Source of the DNA: Alphaproteobacteria bacterium
GTDB lineage: Bacteria > Pseudomonadota > Alphaproteobacteria > JAAXGF01
Length of the DNA stretch: 64,000 bases
Assembly (NCBI GenBank): GCA_963555825.3
Contig: CAUVXB020000001.1
Location: forward strand, 416,001-480,000
Direction: 5' to 3'
The stretch's first letter is position 1; the number at the start of each line of letters is the position of its first letter. Shown piece by piece: positions 29,781-39,660 of this stretch. The notes under the pieces are model-generated. The model did not search any database. It saw only the letters and a list, made by a program, of their open reading frames with translations, and was not told the origin of the DNA. The position numbers and the translations under genes are program-made.

Positions 29781-31434
29781 GGGTGCGAGTCTCGCATGGC
29801 AGTGATGTCTGCGGCTTGGTTCGTTGAGTTCAGGCAGCGATTGCCATGGCTGCTGCACGTGGACTGATGTTGTCGTTGGCCGGTGTGTCGGTTGCGCTGA
29901 TCAGGGCCTTCCATGCCCGCTCGAAGCGGCCGGATTTGATCAGGGCGCGGAAGGTCAGAACAGCCTGTCCGCCGACGATCCGCCAGCGCATGCCGGAGCG
30001 CTTCATGCGCTGTGTCACCAGGGTCTTGTTGGCAGCTTCGACCACGCCTGAGCCGATGGCGATGCCCTCTTCCTTCAGGGCGTGGTAGCGCATGCGATGG
30101 CGATGCTTGCGGAAGAAGGCGAGTTCCCGCTCGGTCTCGGCCCGGTCCGGCGCAGCGGCGGCATCGCGAAGGTGGCGCAGCGCCCGGATCACCTTGGCGA
30201 CGCCACGGGGATCGTGACGGAGGATCTCGCGGTACTTCTCGAACCAGCCGGGCGCCACGGCATGGTCGGACGCGGTTTGCAGATGTTCGCAAGCATGCCA
30301 GAAGTCGATCACCTCGGTTTCGGGCGACAGGGTCTCCAGGAAGGTCCAGTTGTCGGCGGCGCCATCGGCGATAGCGACGATCCCGATCTCGGGGCGTGCT
30401 CGCCTGATGTGTGCGACTTCGCTTGCAAGCTGCGCCTTCAGCGTGAGCTTGCCGCTCTCCGGCATGCGGCCGAGATAGAGGGTCTTCAGGCGCTTGCCCT
30501 CGGCGTCGTGGAAGGAGACCGTGCCGCAGGCAGCCTCGCGCCAGGAGGCCTTGGCGCGACCGTCCTCGCCGGGTCTCAGCGGCACCATGACGCCGTCGAG
30601 GGAGACCGAGGCGGTGGTCGCGTCCTGCGGTATGCCCTCGGCCTCACGGATGCTGCCCAGCGTCTCCGGGCCGAGGCTCTCCCAGCATTCGTGCATGCTC
30701 AGGGTCAGGCGCTGCAGGGTGCTCACCGACGGCGTCATGGCGCCGGTCTTCGCAAAGAACGCCGCCGCTTCCCGGGCCGTGCAGTGACCCATCATCAGCA
30801 GACCGAGCTCGGCCGCCGGCCGCGTCAGGTAATCGTCGACGAGGCCCAGGCTCTCGTCGACCGGCACCGGCGATGCCCCGCTCGCGCCGCTGCGGTAACG
30901 CGCTCGCCGGTAGGTCACCGGACCGAGCGAGGTCATGATCGTCTTCGGCGTCACCGCGACCCGGAACCAGCTCTGCCCGTCCCGCTCGATCCGGGAAGCG
31001 CCATCGTCCCGGTTCTCGATGACGGCGCCCATGACATCGCGAGCGAACTCGTTCGTGGCCTCACGCACCCGCAACTCGACCTCCTCGGGCGCCTCGGGGC
31101 GCGGCTCGGAACGAAGCTCCTCGCGACACAGTGCGAGCACCCGGGCGGCCGCCTCGACGACCCGAGGAGGCAGGCCGGAAAGATCGATGGACGAAGGCGC
31201 CGGAGGCGGGGATACTGCCATGGGAATGCTCCCGATGTTGGGTTTCGAGACACGGCATCGTACCGCTTCTGGCGGTGCGGAGCGTTCCCACCTTCCCCTG
31301 CTCGACCCTGCCGTCGTAACAAAATCCTGCCTTGGAGCGGCCCATTGTCACGAATAGCCGATTTCGGCCGTTCGTCTCGACACAAAAAACGCACTAAATC
31401 AATGACTTAGATTTTCCATACCAGACCCACACCC
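29781..31434 (-). mobile_element. ISKra4 family (mutator-like) insertion sequence
   Basis: IRs gggtgcgagtctcgcatgg / ccataccagacccacaccc; 8-bp TSD CCTACGGC at 29773-29780 and 31435-31442. Confidence 0.85.
29830..31221 (-). CDS. ISKra4-type DDE transposase
   Basis: SLDG, IADGA..NW, IDFWHACEHL, GSGVVEAANK..QRMKRSGMRW. Confidence 0.85.
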   Translation of the reverse strand: MAVSPPPAPSSIDLSGLPPRVVEAAARVLALCREELRSEPRPEAPEEVELRVREATNEFARDVMGAVIENRDDGASRIERDGQSWFRVAVTPKTIMTSLGPVTYRRARYRSGASGASPVPVDESLGLVDDYLTRPAAELGLLMMGHCTAREAAAFFAKTGAMTPSVSTLQRLTLSMHECWESLGPETLGSIREAEGIPQDATTASVSLDGVMVPLRPGEDGRAKASWREAACGTVSFHDAEGKRLKTLYLGRMPESGKLTLKAQLASEVAHIRRARPEIGIVAIADGAADNWTFLETLSPETEVIDFWHACEHLQTASDHAVAPGWFEKYREILRHDPRGVAKVIRALRHLRDAAAAPDRAETERELAFFRKHRHRMRYHALKEEGIAIGSGVVEAANKTLVTQRMKRSGMRWRIVGGQAVLTFRALIKSGRFERAWKALISATDTPANDNISPRAAAMAIAA

Positions 31435-32298
31435 CCTACGGCCTGACGGCACAGCGCGGCAAGATGGTCGACGCGGCGCTCGATGGATTCTGCGAGGTGG
31501 TCGACGCGTCCGATCTGGTGCGCCTGCAGCGCCTGGTCAAAAGCCCGGCCGAACTGGCCTATGTGCGGCGCTCGGGCGCGCTGGCCGACGAAGCGCTCGC
31601 CATTGCCAACCGCATGACCGTGCCGGGCGAGGCGAACGGCGCGGGTCTATGGCGAGATGATGAATGCGATGATGCGCGGCGACGGCGACCCGACGGCGAG
31701 CCGCTGGCCGATGGGCTGCGGCGAGGAGGCGATGCTGGTGCGCTACCACACCGGCCACGGCAATGTCGGCGCCCAAGACCAGGTGACCTTCGAGTTCGCC
31801 GCGTCCTACCGCCACTACCATACGGCGTTGATGCACGTCGTCCTGACCGGCGAGGCCGATGCGCGCCAGGCCGACATGCTGGCGGCCTGCATCGCGGCGC
31901 TCGATGCCTGCCAGGACGCGCTCAAGCCGGGTGCGACGGTCGGCGGAATATTCGACGTCCACGCCCGGGTGATGACCGAGATGGGGCAGGGCGCCAACAC
32001 CCTCAACGCCTGCGGCTACACCATGGGGGCGACCTATCCGCCGACCTGGATGGACTGGCCGATGCTCTACACCGGCAACCCACAGGTCATCGAGCCGGGC
32101 ATGGTGTTCTTCATGCACATGATCCTGCTCGACAACGAGACCGGCCTGACCATGTCGCTGGGCGAGACCGCGATCGTGACCGATGGCGCCTGCGAGCCAG
32201 TCAACCACGCGCCGCGCGCGCTGGTCGTCAATTAAATCTTGAAGCTCTATGAGCGGACTGCCATCTATTGAAAGGCGGATGATGGTAAGGGGACGATC

Positions 32299-33171
32299 GT
32301 GAGCACAGCCGAAGCGCCGTCGGGCGGCAGCGAATTCGTCGATTTCTGGAACGAGATTCTGGTTCCGAAGTTCATCCGGTACCGCCACATTCTGGTCGGC
32401 GGCCTAGCCCATCACAGCGCCAAGATATTTCCGTCGCTCGAGGTCGGTGAGGGTGACAGTGCGGTCGACGTCGGCTGCGGCTTTGGCGACACCGCGATCC
32501 TGCTCGCCAAGCGGGTCGGCCCGGCCGGTTCGGTGCTCGGCATCGACTGCTGCGACGCGTTTCTCGAGCATGGCCGCGCGGACGCCGCCGCTGAAGGCAT
32601 CGAGAACGTCAGCTTCGTCGAGGCCGACGTCCAGTCCTATCCTTTCGAAGCCGAGCACGACTTCTGCTTCTCGCGCTTCGGCACCCAGTTCTTCGAGAAC
32701 CCGGTCGCCGGCCTCAGGAGCATGCGCCGCGCGCTCAAGCCGGGCGGCGTGATGACCATGATCGTGTGGCGCACGATCGACGACAACCCATGGCTCGGCC
32801 TGCCGCGTGAGATCATCCTCCAATACCTGCCGCCGCCGGGCGAGGACGGCCGGACCTGCGGCCCCGGCCCGTTCTCGATGGCCAACCAGGAGTTGGTCAC
32901 CAAGCAGCTCGAGGTCGCCGGCTACACCGGCATCGAGTTCGAACGCTTCGACGCGCCGCTGATGGTCGGCAATACGCCGAACGACGCGGTCAACTTCCAG
33001 ATCGCGCTCGGGCCGGCCGGCGAGGTCTATCGCGAGGCCGGCGACGAAGCCGTGCGGCGCCACGAGGAGATCGCCGGGGCGCTCGAGGCCGAGCTCGCCA
33101 AATACGAGACGCCCGAGGGCATCGTCCTGGGTTCGAGCTCATGGAAAGTCACCGCGCGTAACCCGAGTTAG
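32299..33171 (+). CDS. Class I SAM-dependent methyltransferase
   Basis: [26 protein letters not shown]. Confidence 0.88.
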   Translation: MSTAEAPSGGSEFVDFWNEILVPKFIRYRHILVGGLAHHSAKIFPSLEVGEGDSAVDVGCGFGDTAILLAKRVGPAGSVLGIDCCDAFLEHGRADAAAEGIENVSFVEADVQSYPFEAEHDFCFSRFGTQFFENPVAGLRSMRRALKPGGVMTMIVWRTIDDNPWLGLPREIILQYLPPPGEDGRTCGPGPFSMANQELVTKQLEVAGYTGIEFERFDAPLMVGNTPNDAVNFQIALGPAGEVYREAGDEAVRRHEEIAGALEAELAKYETPEGIVLGSSSWKVTARNPS

Positions 33172-33184
33172 CTTGGTGGGCCCG

Positions 33185-33928
33185 ATGGACAAGGTCGCGA
33201 TCGTCACCGGCGCAGGCACAGGCATCGGCCGCGCCGCCGCATTGGCGCTGGCGCAGGCCGGCTACGCGGTCGCGCTCGCCGGGCGGCGCGCGGCACCGCT
33301 CGAGGAGACCGCCGCCGAAATGGTCGGCGCCGCCGCGCTGGTGGTGCCGACCGACGTCGCCGATCCGGCTTCGGTCGAGGCGCTGTTCGCCGCGACCAAG
33401 GAAGCGTTCGGCCGGCTCGACCTGTTGTTCAACAATGCCGGTCTTGGCGCGCCTGCGGTGCCGCTCGAGGAGCTGAGCGTCGAAAAGTGGCAATTGGTCA
33501 TCGACGTCAACCTGACCGGCGCCTTCCTGTGTACGCAAGCTGCGATCAGGCTGATGAAGGACCAGACACCGCGCGGTGGGCGCATCATCAACAACGGCTC
33601 GATCTCGGCCGACCGGCCGAGGCCCAACTCGGCGCCCTACACGGCGACCAAGCACGCAATCACCGGCCTGACCAAGTCGACCTCGCTCGACGGACGCGCC
33701 CATGACATCGCCTGCGGCCAGATCGACATCGGCAACGCTGCGACGCCGATGACCGCCAAGATGAGCGAAGGCATGCCCCAGGCCGACGGCTCGATCGCCC
33801 CGGAGCCGACCTTCGACGTCGCCGAGGTCGGCCGTGCGATTGTACATATGGCGAGCCTGCCGCTCGACGCCAACGTCCAGTTCATGACCATCATGGCGAC
33901 CAAGATGCCCTATATCGGGCGGGGATAG
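33185..33928 (+). CDS. SDR family oxidoreductase
   Basis: [17 protein letters not shown]. Confidence 0.92.
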   Translation: MDKVAIVTGAGTGIGRAAALALAQAGYAVALAGRRAAPLEETAAEMVGAAALVVPTDVADPASVEALFAATKEAFGRLDLLFNNAGLGAPAVPLEELSVEKWQLVIDVNLTGAFLCTQAAIRLMKDQTPRGGRIINNGSISADRPRPNSAPYTATKHAITGLTKSTSLDGRAHDIACGQIDIGNAATPMTAKMSEGMPQADGSIAPEPTFDVAEVGRAIVHMASLPLDANVQFMTIMATKMPYIGRG

Positions 33929-33937
33929 AGGTCTTTG

Positions 33938-34091
33938 GTGCGGTCATCTTTACGCGTTGCGTAAAGATTACCTGCGCTCAAACGCCGCGCATGCCAATCT
34001 TATGGGATCAAAGCTGGCCGAACGGTCGGCGGCCTGCGGTCGCAGGCTGGAAAATTGCGATCGAATCCAACTTTGATCGGATTATACGTTA
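33938..34091 (+). repeat. Structured intergenic repeat, copy B
   Basis: gtgcggtcatctttacg...cgtaaagattacctgcgctcaa...gcctgcggtcgcaggc...cgatcga...ttgatcggattatacgt. Confidence 0.8.
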
Positions 34092-34092
34092 G

Positions 34093-35529
34093 CTACCCGA
34101 ACGGCAGCGTCAGCGGAGCGACTTGGTGTGCCGAATGTCCGGCGTGGTGGCGTTCGGGCACCTTTTCCAGCACCTGTCTCTGGAGATCGGTGACGCGAGC
34201 GGCGATCTCGGCGAAGTCGAGCGTCAGGACCTCGCCGCTCTCGACGACCTTGACGCCGTCGACGTAGACATCGCGCACCGCGCGGTCGGCGGCGGTGTAG
34301 ATCAGGCAGCGGATCGGGTCGTAGACCGGTTGCATCGACGGCTCGGTCAGGTCGATCAGTACGATGTCGGCCTTGGCGCCGGGCGCCAGGCGTCCGATGT
34401 CGTCGCGCCCGAGCGCCCGCGCACCGCCCACCGTCGCCGCCTCGAACACCTGCGTCGTGGTCAGCGCGAACATGTTCTCGTCGGTGACGCGCGCCATGAT
34501 CGCCGCGGTGCGCATTTCCTCGATCATGTTGTGCGGCGAACAATCGGTGCCGATGCCGATGTTGATGCCGGCGTCGAGATAGGCGCCCAGGCTCTCGAGC
34601 GTGATGCCGTAGCGCGAGAACGGCGTCGGGCAATGGGCGACCGAGGTTTCCGTATCGGCGATCAGTCCAATGTCGTCGCGCGTTGCCCAATGCAGCCAGG
34701 AATGATGGTCGAGGAAGATGCCGTGGCCGATGATCGTGCGCGGACCGAGCAGGCCGAGTTCGGCGATCCACTGGATCTGGGTCTTGCCGGTGCGCCGGGT
34801 GATCTCGAGAAACTCCATCACCGCCTCGCCGGCATGCAGCTGTAACGGCAGGTCGCGCTCAACCGCCACCGCCATGCTGTCGCGCAGCAGATCGGCGGTG
34901 CATGTATCGACGGCCATCGGCGCGATCATGCCCGAGAGCCGGCCCGAGTTGTGATTTTCGGCCGCGTCGATCACGGCCAGCGCCTCGTCGAAGACCTTCT
35001 GGCCGTTGTCGTCATACCAGATGTAATCGAGGCGGTAGCCGTTCTCGGTATGCCAGACCGCCGATTCGTAGAGTGGTGCGAAGCACGTCCTGAGCCCCGA
35101 GTCGACGACCGCCTCGATCCAGCCGGGAAACGGCCGGCACATGTCGACGAAGGTCGTGACGCCGCTCTTGAGCAGCTCGCAATGGGCGAAGCGGGCGTTC
35201 CAAACGCGATCCTCGGGCGCCACGACGAACAGATTCCAGCCGTCGTAGAGCGCACTCATGTAAAAGCGCGGGTTGGCGAGTTCCTCGCGCAACCCCTTGA
35301 AAGTCGGCATCGACGAGGTGTGGTTGTGGATGTTGATAAGGCCAGGCATGACGCATACGCCGCTGCCGCCGATCTCCTCGTCGGCCGCGCCTTGATAACG
35401 GCCGCCGACATGGACGATCGCACCGTCGGTGAACGCGACGTCGGCGCCTTGCAGGTATTTGTGGCTCTGGGTCCCGTCGTCCCAGGCGACGACCCAGTCG
35501 GCGTCGCGAATGCAGGTGGTCCGTGTCAT
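34093..35529 (-). CDS. Amidohydrolase family protein (TRZ/ATZ-like)
   Basis: PGLINIHNH, LHAGE, AHCP, GIGTD, GAKADIV. Confidence 0.88.
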   Translation of the reverse strand: MTRTTCIRDADWVVAWDDGTQSHKYLQGADVAFTDGAIVHVGGRYQGAADEEIGGSGVCVMPGLINIHNHTSSMPTFKGLREELANPRFYMSALYDGWNLFVVAPEDRVWNARFAHCELLKSGVTTFVDMCRPFPGWIEAVVDSGLRTCFAPLYESAVWHTENGYRLDYIWYDDNGQKVFDEALAVIDAAENHNSGRLSGMIAPMAVDTCTADLLRDSMAVAVERDLPLQLHAGEAVMEFLEITRRTGKTQIQWIAELGLLGPRTIIGHGIFLDHHSWLHWATRDDIGLIADTETSVAHCPTPFSRYGITLESLGAYLDAGINIGIGTDCSPHNMIEEMRTAAIMARVTDENMFALTTTQVFEAATVGGARALGRDDIGRLAPGAKADIVLIDLTEPSMQPVYDPIRCLIYTAADRAVRDVYVDGVKVVESGEVLTLDFAEIAARVTDLQRQVLEKVPERHHAGHSAHQVAPLTLPFG

Positions 35530-35679
35530 GGCGCGCCTTCCTTGCCGCATGCGATGATGCGCACAGATTAGCGAGTAACCGGGTGCGGGGCGACCGCCGC
35601 GTCGCCACGCCGCTGGCGGGTGAAACGCCCGCCGTGTCGGGGTATGATCGACATCCGCCTCGAGAACGGGAGACAAGCG

Positions 35680-36327
35680 ATGCGTTCCTATCTACTTCTG
35701 CTCCGCTTCGTCGTGGTCAACGCCGTCGCGCTGGCCATCCTGGCGGTGCTCTGGCTGCAGGGCTGGGTGTCGCTGGTGTTTGAAAGCGACATTACCCATC
35801 TGACCGTGGTCATTTCCGCCGTGTTCGCCGTCGGGCTGGCGATCGCCACGGCCAAGGTGTGGCGCTGCAGCCACGAGCTCAACGCGGTGCGCGCCGACCG
35901 ACAGGGTGGCGAGACGCGGCTTCGCTGGTACCGCGACCTGACGGGTCGCGCCGCGGACGGCGCGCGCGGTATACTCGCCGACTGCCTGCGTTCAAGACTC
36001 TACGCGCGCATCGCCGTCGTGCGCACCATGGCCAACAGCCTGGTCGTACTCGGCCTGATCGGCACGGTGGTCGGCTTCATCATCGCGCTCTCGGGCGTCG
36101 ACGCGGGGGCGGCGACCGATGCCAGCACCGTCGGCACCATGGTCTCGACCCTGATCCAGGGCATGGCGGTGGCGCTCTACACCACGTTGGTCGGCGCGGT
36201 TCTGCACATCTGGCTGATGATGAACTACCAGGTGCTGGCGACCGGCACGGTCAATCTCGCCAACGCCATCATCGAGACGGTCGAGGCGCCCGGCGAAGCG
36301 GGCGGCCCGGCACTCGAAGCGGCATGA
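35680..36327 (+). CDS. MotA/TolQ/ExbB proton-channel family protein
   Basis: LGLIGTVVGFIIAL and GMAVALYTTLVG signatures; four hydrophobic segments. Confidence 0.82.
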   Translation: MRSYLLLLRFVVVNAVALAILAVLWLQGWVSLVFESDITHLTVVISAVFAVGLAIATAKVWRCSHELNAVRADRQGGETRLRWYRDLTGRAADGARGILADCLRSRLYARIAVVRTMANSLVVLGLIGTVVGFIIALSGVDAGAATDASTVGTMVSTLIQGMAVALYTTLVGAVLHIWLMMNYQVLATGTVNLANAIIETVEAPGEAGGPALEAA

Positions 36328-36941
36328 TCCCAGATCCCTTTCACGACACCGACGAGGCGAGCGGGACGGTCTTTCGCGATGTCCTGACGCTTGCACTGCT
36401 GGGCTTTCTGGCGGTCATCGTCATCCTGCTACCCTTCGTCAACCCAAAAGGGCGCAAGGCCGAATCGATGGCGCCGCCGCCCGGCAACGTCATCGTCGAG
36501 ATCACCTGGCCGGCCGAGATGAACGCCGACATCGACCTTTGGGTGCAAGCGCCGGGTGACGTGCCGGTCGGCTATTCGAACAAGGGAGGAATCGTGTTCA
36601 ACCTGCTGCGCGACGATCTTGGCAAGTTCATGGACCCGACCAATATCAACCACGAGGTGGCCTATACGCGCGGCCTGATACCGGGCGAGTACACGGTCAA
36701 CGTGCACGCCTATCGCATCGACACCAAGAACCCGCCACCGATCGAGGTCAATGCCGTGGTCAGCGTCAAGCAGGAGAGCGCCACGGCCGATGTCGTGCCG
36801 GTCCTCGGCGCGTCGGCGATGCTGGTCCGACTCGGCCAAGAGCTGACCATTTTCCGCTTCAAACTCGACGAAACGGGACGCGTCGTCGAAGGCTCCGTCC
36901 ACAGCCTGTTCCGACCACTCCGATCACTGGGGGTAAAATAG
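36324..36941 (+). CDS. Single-TM partner of the MotA/ExbB-like protein (TM Asp; YfaP/DUF2135-like soluble domain)
   Basis: ATGA overlap with the upstream gene; TVFRDVLTLALLGF..TM; DIDLWV..P and PGEYTVNVHAY. Confidence 0.72.
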   Translation: MIPDPFHDTDEASGTVFRDVLTLALLGFLAVIVILLPFVNPKGRKAESMAPPPGNVIVEITWPAEMNADIDLWVQAPGDVPVGYSNKGGIVFNLLRDDLGKFMDPTNINHEVAYTRGLIPGEYTVNVHAYRIDTKNPPPIEVNAVVSVKQESATADVVPVLGASAMLVRLGQELTIFRFKLDETGRVVEGSVHSLFRPLRSLGVK

Positions 36942-36943
36942 CC

Positions 36944-37456
36944 ATGTTGCAACTGCCGCTACTCTACGCCTTGTTCGCCGTGCTCGCCGCGGCGCTGGCG
37001 ATCGTCGCGGTCTGGTCGCGGCGCTCGCTCGGCACCCGCGTCGGGAGCGTCGGACTGTTGGTGATCACCTTGGCCGTGGGCTATGTCGCCTATGCCGATC
37101 TCTTGAGCCGGCCCAAGCCGGCGATGCTCGAGTATCGGCGCGCCGGCATGGCCGAGGCGGATGTGCTCGCCGCGGCGCTGCGCGAGCACGAGGGCATTTA
37201 CCTGTGGCTCAAGCTGCCCGAGTTCATCGAGCCGCGCTATTACGTGCTGCCGTGGGACCGCTCGACCGCCCAACAGTTGCAGGACGCCATGCGCAAGGCC
37301 GACCGGGACAATTCGACGATCCGCATGCGCAACCCATTCGAGCCGTCGCTGGAATTGCGCGATGCGCCGCGCTTTTACGCGCTGCCGCAGCCGAAGCTGC
37401 CCGACAAGCCCTATCCGCCGCCACTCGAATACAACCACCCCAGCCTGGCGATCTAG
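36944..37456 (+). CDS. Membrane protein of unknown function (2 TM, Pro-rich C-terminus)
   Basis: Starts 2 bp after the upstream stop; two N-terminal TM segments; IYLW..EPRYYVLPW. Confidence 0.75.
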   Translation: MLQLPLLYALFAVLAAALAIVAVWSRRSLGTRVGSVGLLVITLAVGYVAYADLLSRPKPAMLEYRRAGMAEADVLAAALREHEGIYLWLKLPEFIEPRYYVLPWDRSTAQQLQDAMRKADRDNSTIRMRNPFEPSLELRDAPRFYALPQPKLPDKPYPPPLEYNHPSLAI

Positions 37457-37503
37457 CGCGGCGACGCCCTTCGCCACATCCCCAAAATATGGGATCACAA
37501 ATT

Positions 37504-37565
37504 ATGGGGTCAGACTCCTTTATTCTGATTTGTATTCAATCAATAAAAATAGAGTCTGACCCCAT
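37504..37565. repeat. REP-like AT-rich palindrome, copy 2
   Basis: Perfect 14-bp IR atggggtcagactc / gagtctgaccccat around an AT-rich core. Confidence 0.8.
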
Positions 37566-37586
37566 TAATAGGGAGTGGGTAGAATT

Positions 37587-37614
37587 GCGCCGCGCCGCGC
37601 CGCGCCGCGCCGCG
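37587..37614. repeat. (GCGCC)5 microsatellite
   Basis: Five perfect pentamers plus gcg. Confidence 0.8.
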
Positions 37615-37626
37615 GCCTGCTCTCGG

Positions 37627-38448
37627 TTAGGGCTGTTGGCGGCGTTCTTTCTGCTGGCCGAAATACTGGCCGATCATCAAAAGGGTAATCGAAACGACGA
37701 TCAGGCAGGTCGAGATCGCCGCGATCGTCGGGTCGATCTGGTCGCGCAGCGAATTGAACATGCGGCGCGTCAGCGTCGCGTTCTCGCCGCCCGAGATGAA
37801 CAGCGCGACGATGACCTCGTCGAGCGAGGTGATGAAGGCGAACAGCGCGCCGGCGATGACCGAGAACCGGATCTGCGGCAGGGTGATCGACAGGAAGGCG
37901 CGCAATCGCGGCGCGCCCAGGCTGCGCGCGACCATCTCCTGGTTCATGTCGTACGTCTTGAGCCCGGCGGTGACCGTGACCACGACGAAGGGAATCGCGA
38001 GCACGGTATGCGCCATGATCAGGCCGGTCAGCGTATAGTTCAGCCCCAGCTTGGCGTAGAGGAAGAAGACACCGATGCTGACCAGGATGATCGGCACCAT
38101 CAGCGGCATCATCAGCGCGACCTGGATCATGTTGGTGATACGGAAGCGCGATACCTGCAAGCCATAGGCGGCGGCCGTGCCGAGCGTGGTCGCGACGACC
38201 ATGGTGACGACCGCGACCTTGAGCGACACGACAGTCGCTTCGATCCATTCGAGCGAGCCGAAGTACTCCTCATACCAGCGGAAAGACCACTCGCGCGGCG
38301 GGAACTCGAGATAGGTCGAATCGGAGAACGACATCGGGATGACGATGAACGACGGCACGACCAGGAACAGCATCACCAGGCCGCAGGCGATATAGAGCCA
38401 GAGCCGCCTGAAGTGAGTGATCTGCGTATCTGAAGCCGGTCCGAACAT
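37627..38448 (-). CDS. Polyamine/opine-type ABC transporter permease (PotC-like)
   Basis: EAA loop (EMVARSLGA), FAFITSLDEV. Confidence 0.9.
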   Translation of the reverse strand: MFGPASDTQITHFRRLWLYIACGLVMLFLVVPSFIVIPMSFSDSTYLEFPPREWSFRWYEEYFGSLEWIEATVVSLKVAVVTMVVATTLGTAAAYGLQVSRFRITNMIQVALMMPLMVPIILVSIGVFFLYAKLGLNYTLTGLIMAHTVLAIPFVVVTVTAGLKTYDMNQEMVARSLGAPRLRAFLSITLPQIRFSVIAGALFAFITSLDEVIVALFISGGENATLTRRMFNSLRDQIDPTIAAISTCLIVVSITLLMIGQYFGQQKERRQQP

Positions 38449-39228
38449 CAGCCTATTTTCCGAAAACCTTGTCGAGCCCGAACAGCTTGTTCAGGCCATA
38501 GAGGATGGCCAGCGTGGCGATCAGCAGGACGACGCCCAGCGCGCTCGCCGCGCCCCAATTGGCGTAGAGGTTGATCGACGTTTCGATGCGCTGCGCCCAC
38601 ATGATGATCTTGCCGCCGCCCAACAGCGCCGGGGTGACGTAGAAGCCGAGGCAGAGCACGAAGACGAGCACGACGCCGGCGAACAGCCCGGGCAGCGACA
38701 GCGGGAAGAAGACCCGCCAGAAGGCGTTGATCGGACTGGCGCCAAGATTGGCCGCGGCCTTGAGGAAATCACGATCGATCGACTTCATCGCGGCATAAAG
38801 CGGCAGCACGAGGAAGGGCAGCAGGATTTGCACCATGCCGATCACCGTGCCGGTGAAGTTGTGCACCAGCCGGAGCGGTTCGTCGATGATGCCCGTCTCG
38901 ATCAGCCAGCCGTTGATCACCCCCTTGCGCTGCAGTAGGACGAGCCAGGCATAGGTGCGCACGAGCAGCGAGGTCCAGAACGGCAACAGCACGAAGATCA
39001 TGCAGATGCCCGCCGCGCGTTTGCCGAGTTGCGACAACATATAGGCGAGCGGATAGCCCATCAGGATGCAAATGCCGGTGACGACGAAGCTGATCTCGAA
39101 GGTCGTGCGGAAAGTCTTGATGTAGGACTTCGAGCCGAACATCCGCATAATTCTCGAGCGTCCAGTTGCCCTGGACGTCGAAGTGAGTCGGACCCGATTT
39201 CCTTGGACACAGAATTGGCTTAATCGAA

Positions 39229-39660
39229 GTGTCCAAGGAGGACCGGAACATGACCGACAATTTTGAGAACAAAGTTGCTGTTGATGGGCCTGTGGTAAAC
39301 GAGGGCGAGCTTGGCTCGTCCACGTTTTCCCCGGGCCAGGTTTCGCCGGCAGGCCCGCTGGGACTTGGCCAGCGGTGGACGGTGACGCGCAAGCGTGAGG
39401 TTGCCCTGCGGCTTTTGCGTGGCGAGCCGGTGGAACTTTTGTCGCGGCAGTTGGGCGTGGAGATTTTCCGGCTCGAGCAGTGGCGTGAGAAGGCGATCGC
39501 CGGGATCGATGCCTCGCTCAAGGAACGCAAGGGCGATCCGGTGAAGGCGGAACTGGACATCGCCATGAAGCGGATCGGGGAGTTGATCATGCAGGTGGAA
39601 CTGCTGGAGGCCAAGACGGAGACGTCCGGCCCTTTGGGGCGGCGGAGGTCGCGGCGATGA
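39229..39660 (+). CDS. IS OrfA (HTH)
   Basis: RKREVALRLLRGEPVELLSRQLGV HTH-like segment; ATGA overlap with OrfB; start uncertain (39229 or 39250). Confidence 0.75.
   Translation: MSKEDRNMTDNFENKVAVDGPVVNEGELGSSTFSPGQVSPAGPLGLGQRWTVTRKREVALRLLRGEPVELLSRQLGVEIFRLEQWREKAIAGIDASLKERKGDPVKAELDIAMKRIGELIMQVELLEAKTETSGPLGRRRSRR

Larger units (their letters stand above)
29421..32235 (+). pseudogene. M24 hydrolase (DoeA/EutD-like) disrupted by an ISKra4 element and a frameshift near 31630-31650
   Basis: MALHFSREEF..MYYLTGYD; reading resumes after the duplicated cctacggc (RLVKSPAE); C-terminal ACGYTMGATYPPTW..VFFMHM lies in another frame. Confidence 0.85.

Noticed and set aside
35680-37456. Zorya defence system
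   Set aside because: The A subunit lacks the long cytoplasmic tail, the partner has no OmpA-like domain, and no ZorC/D/E genes are adjacent.
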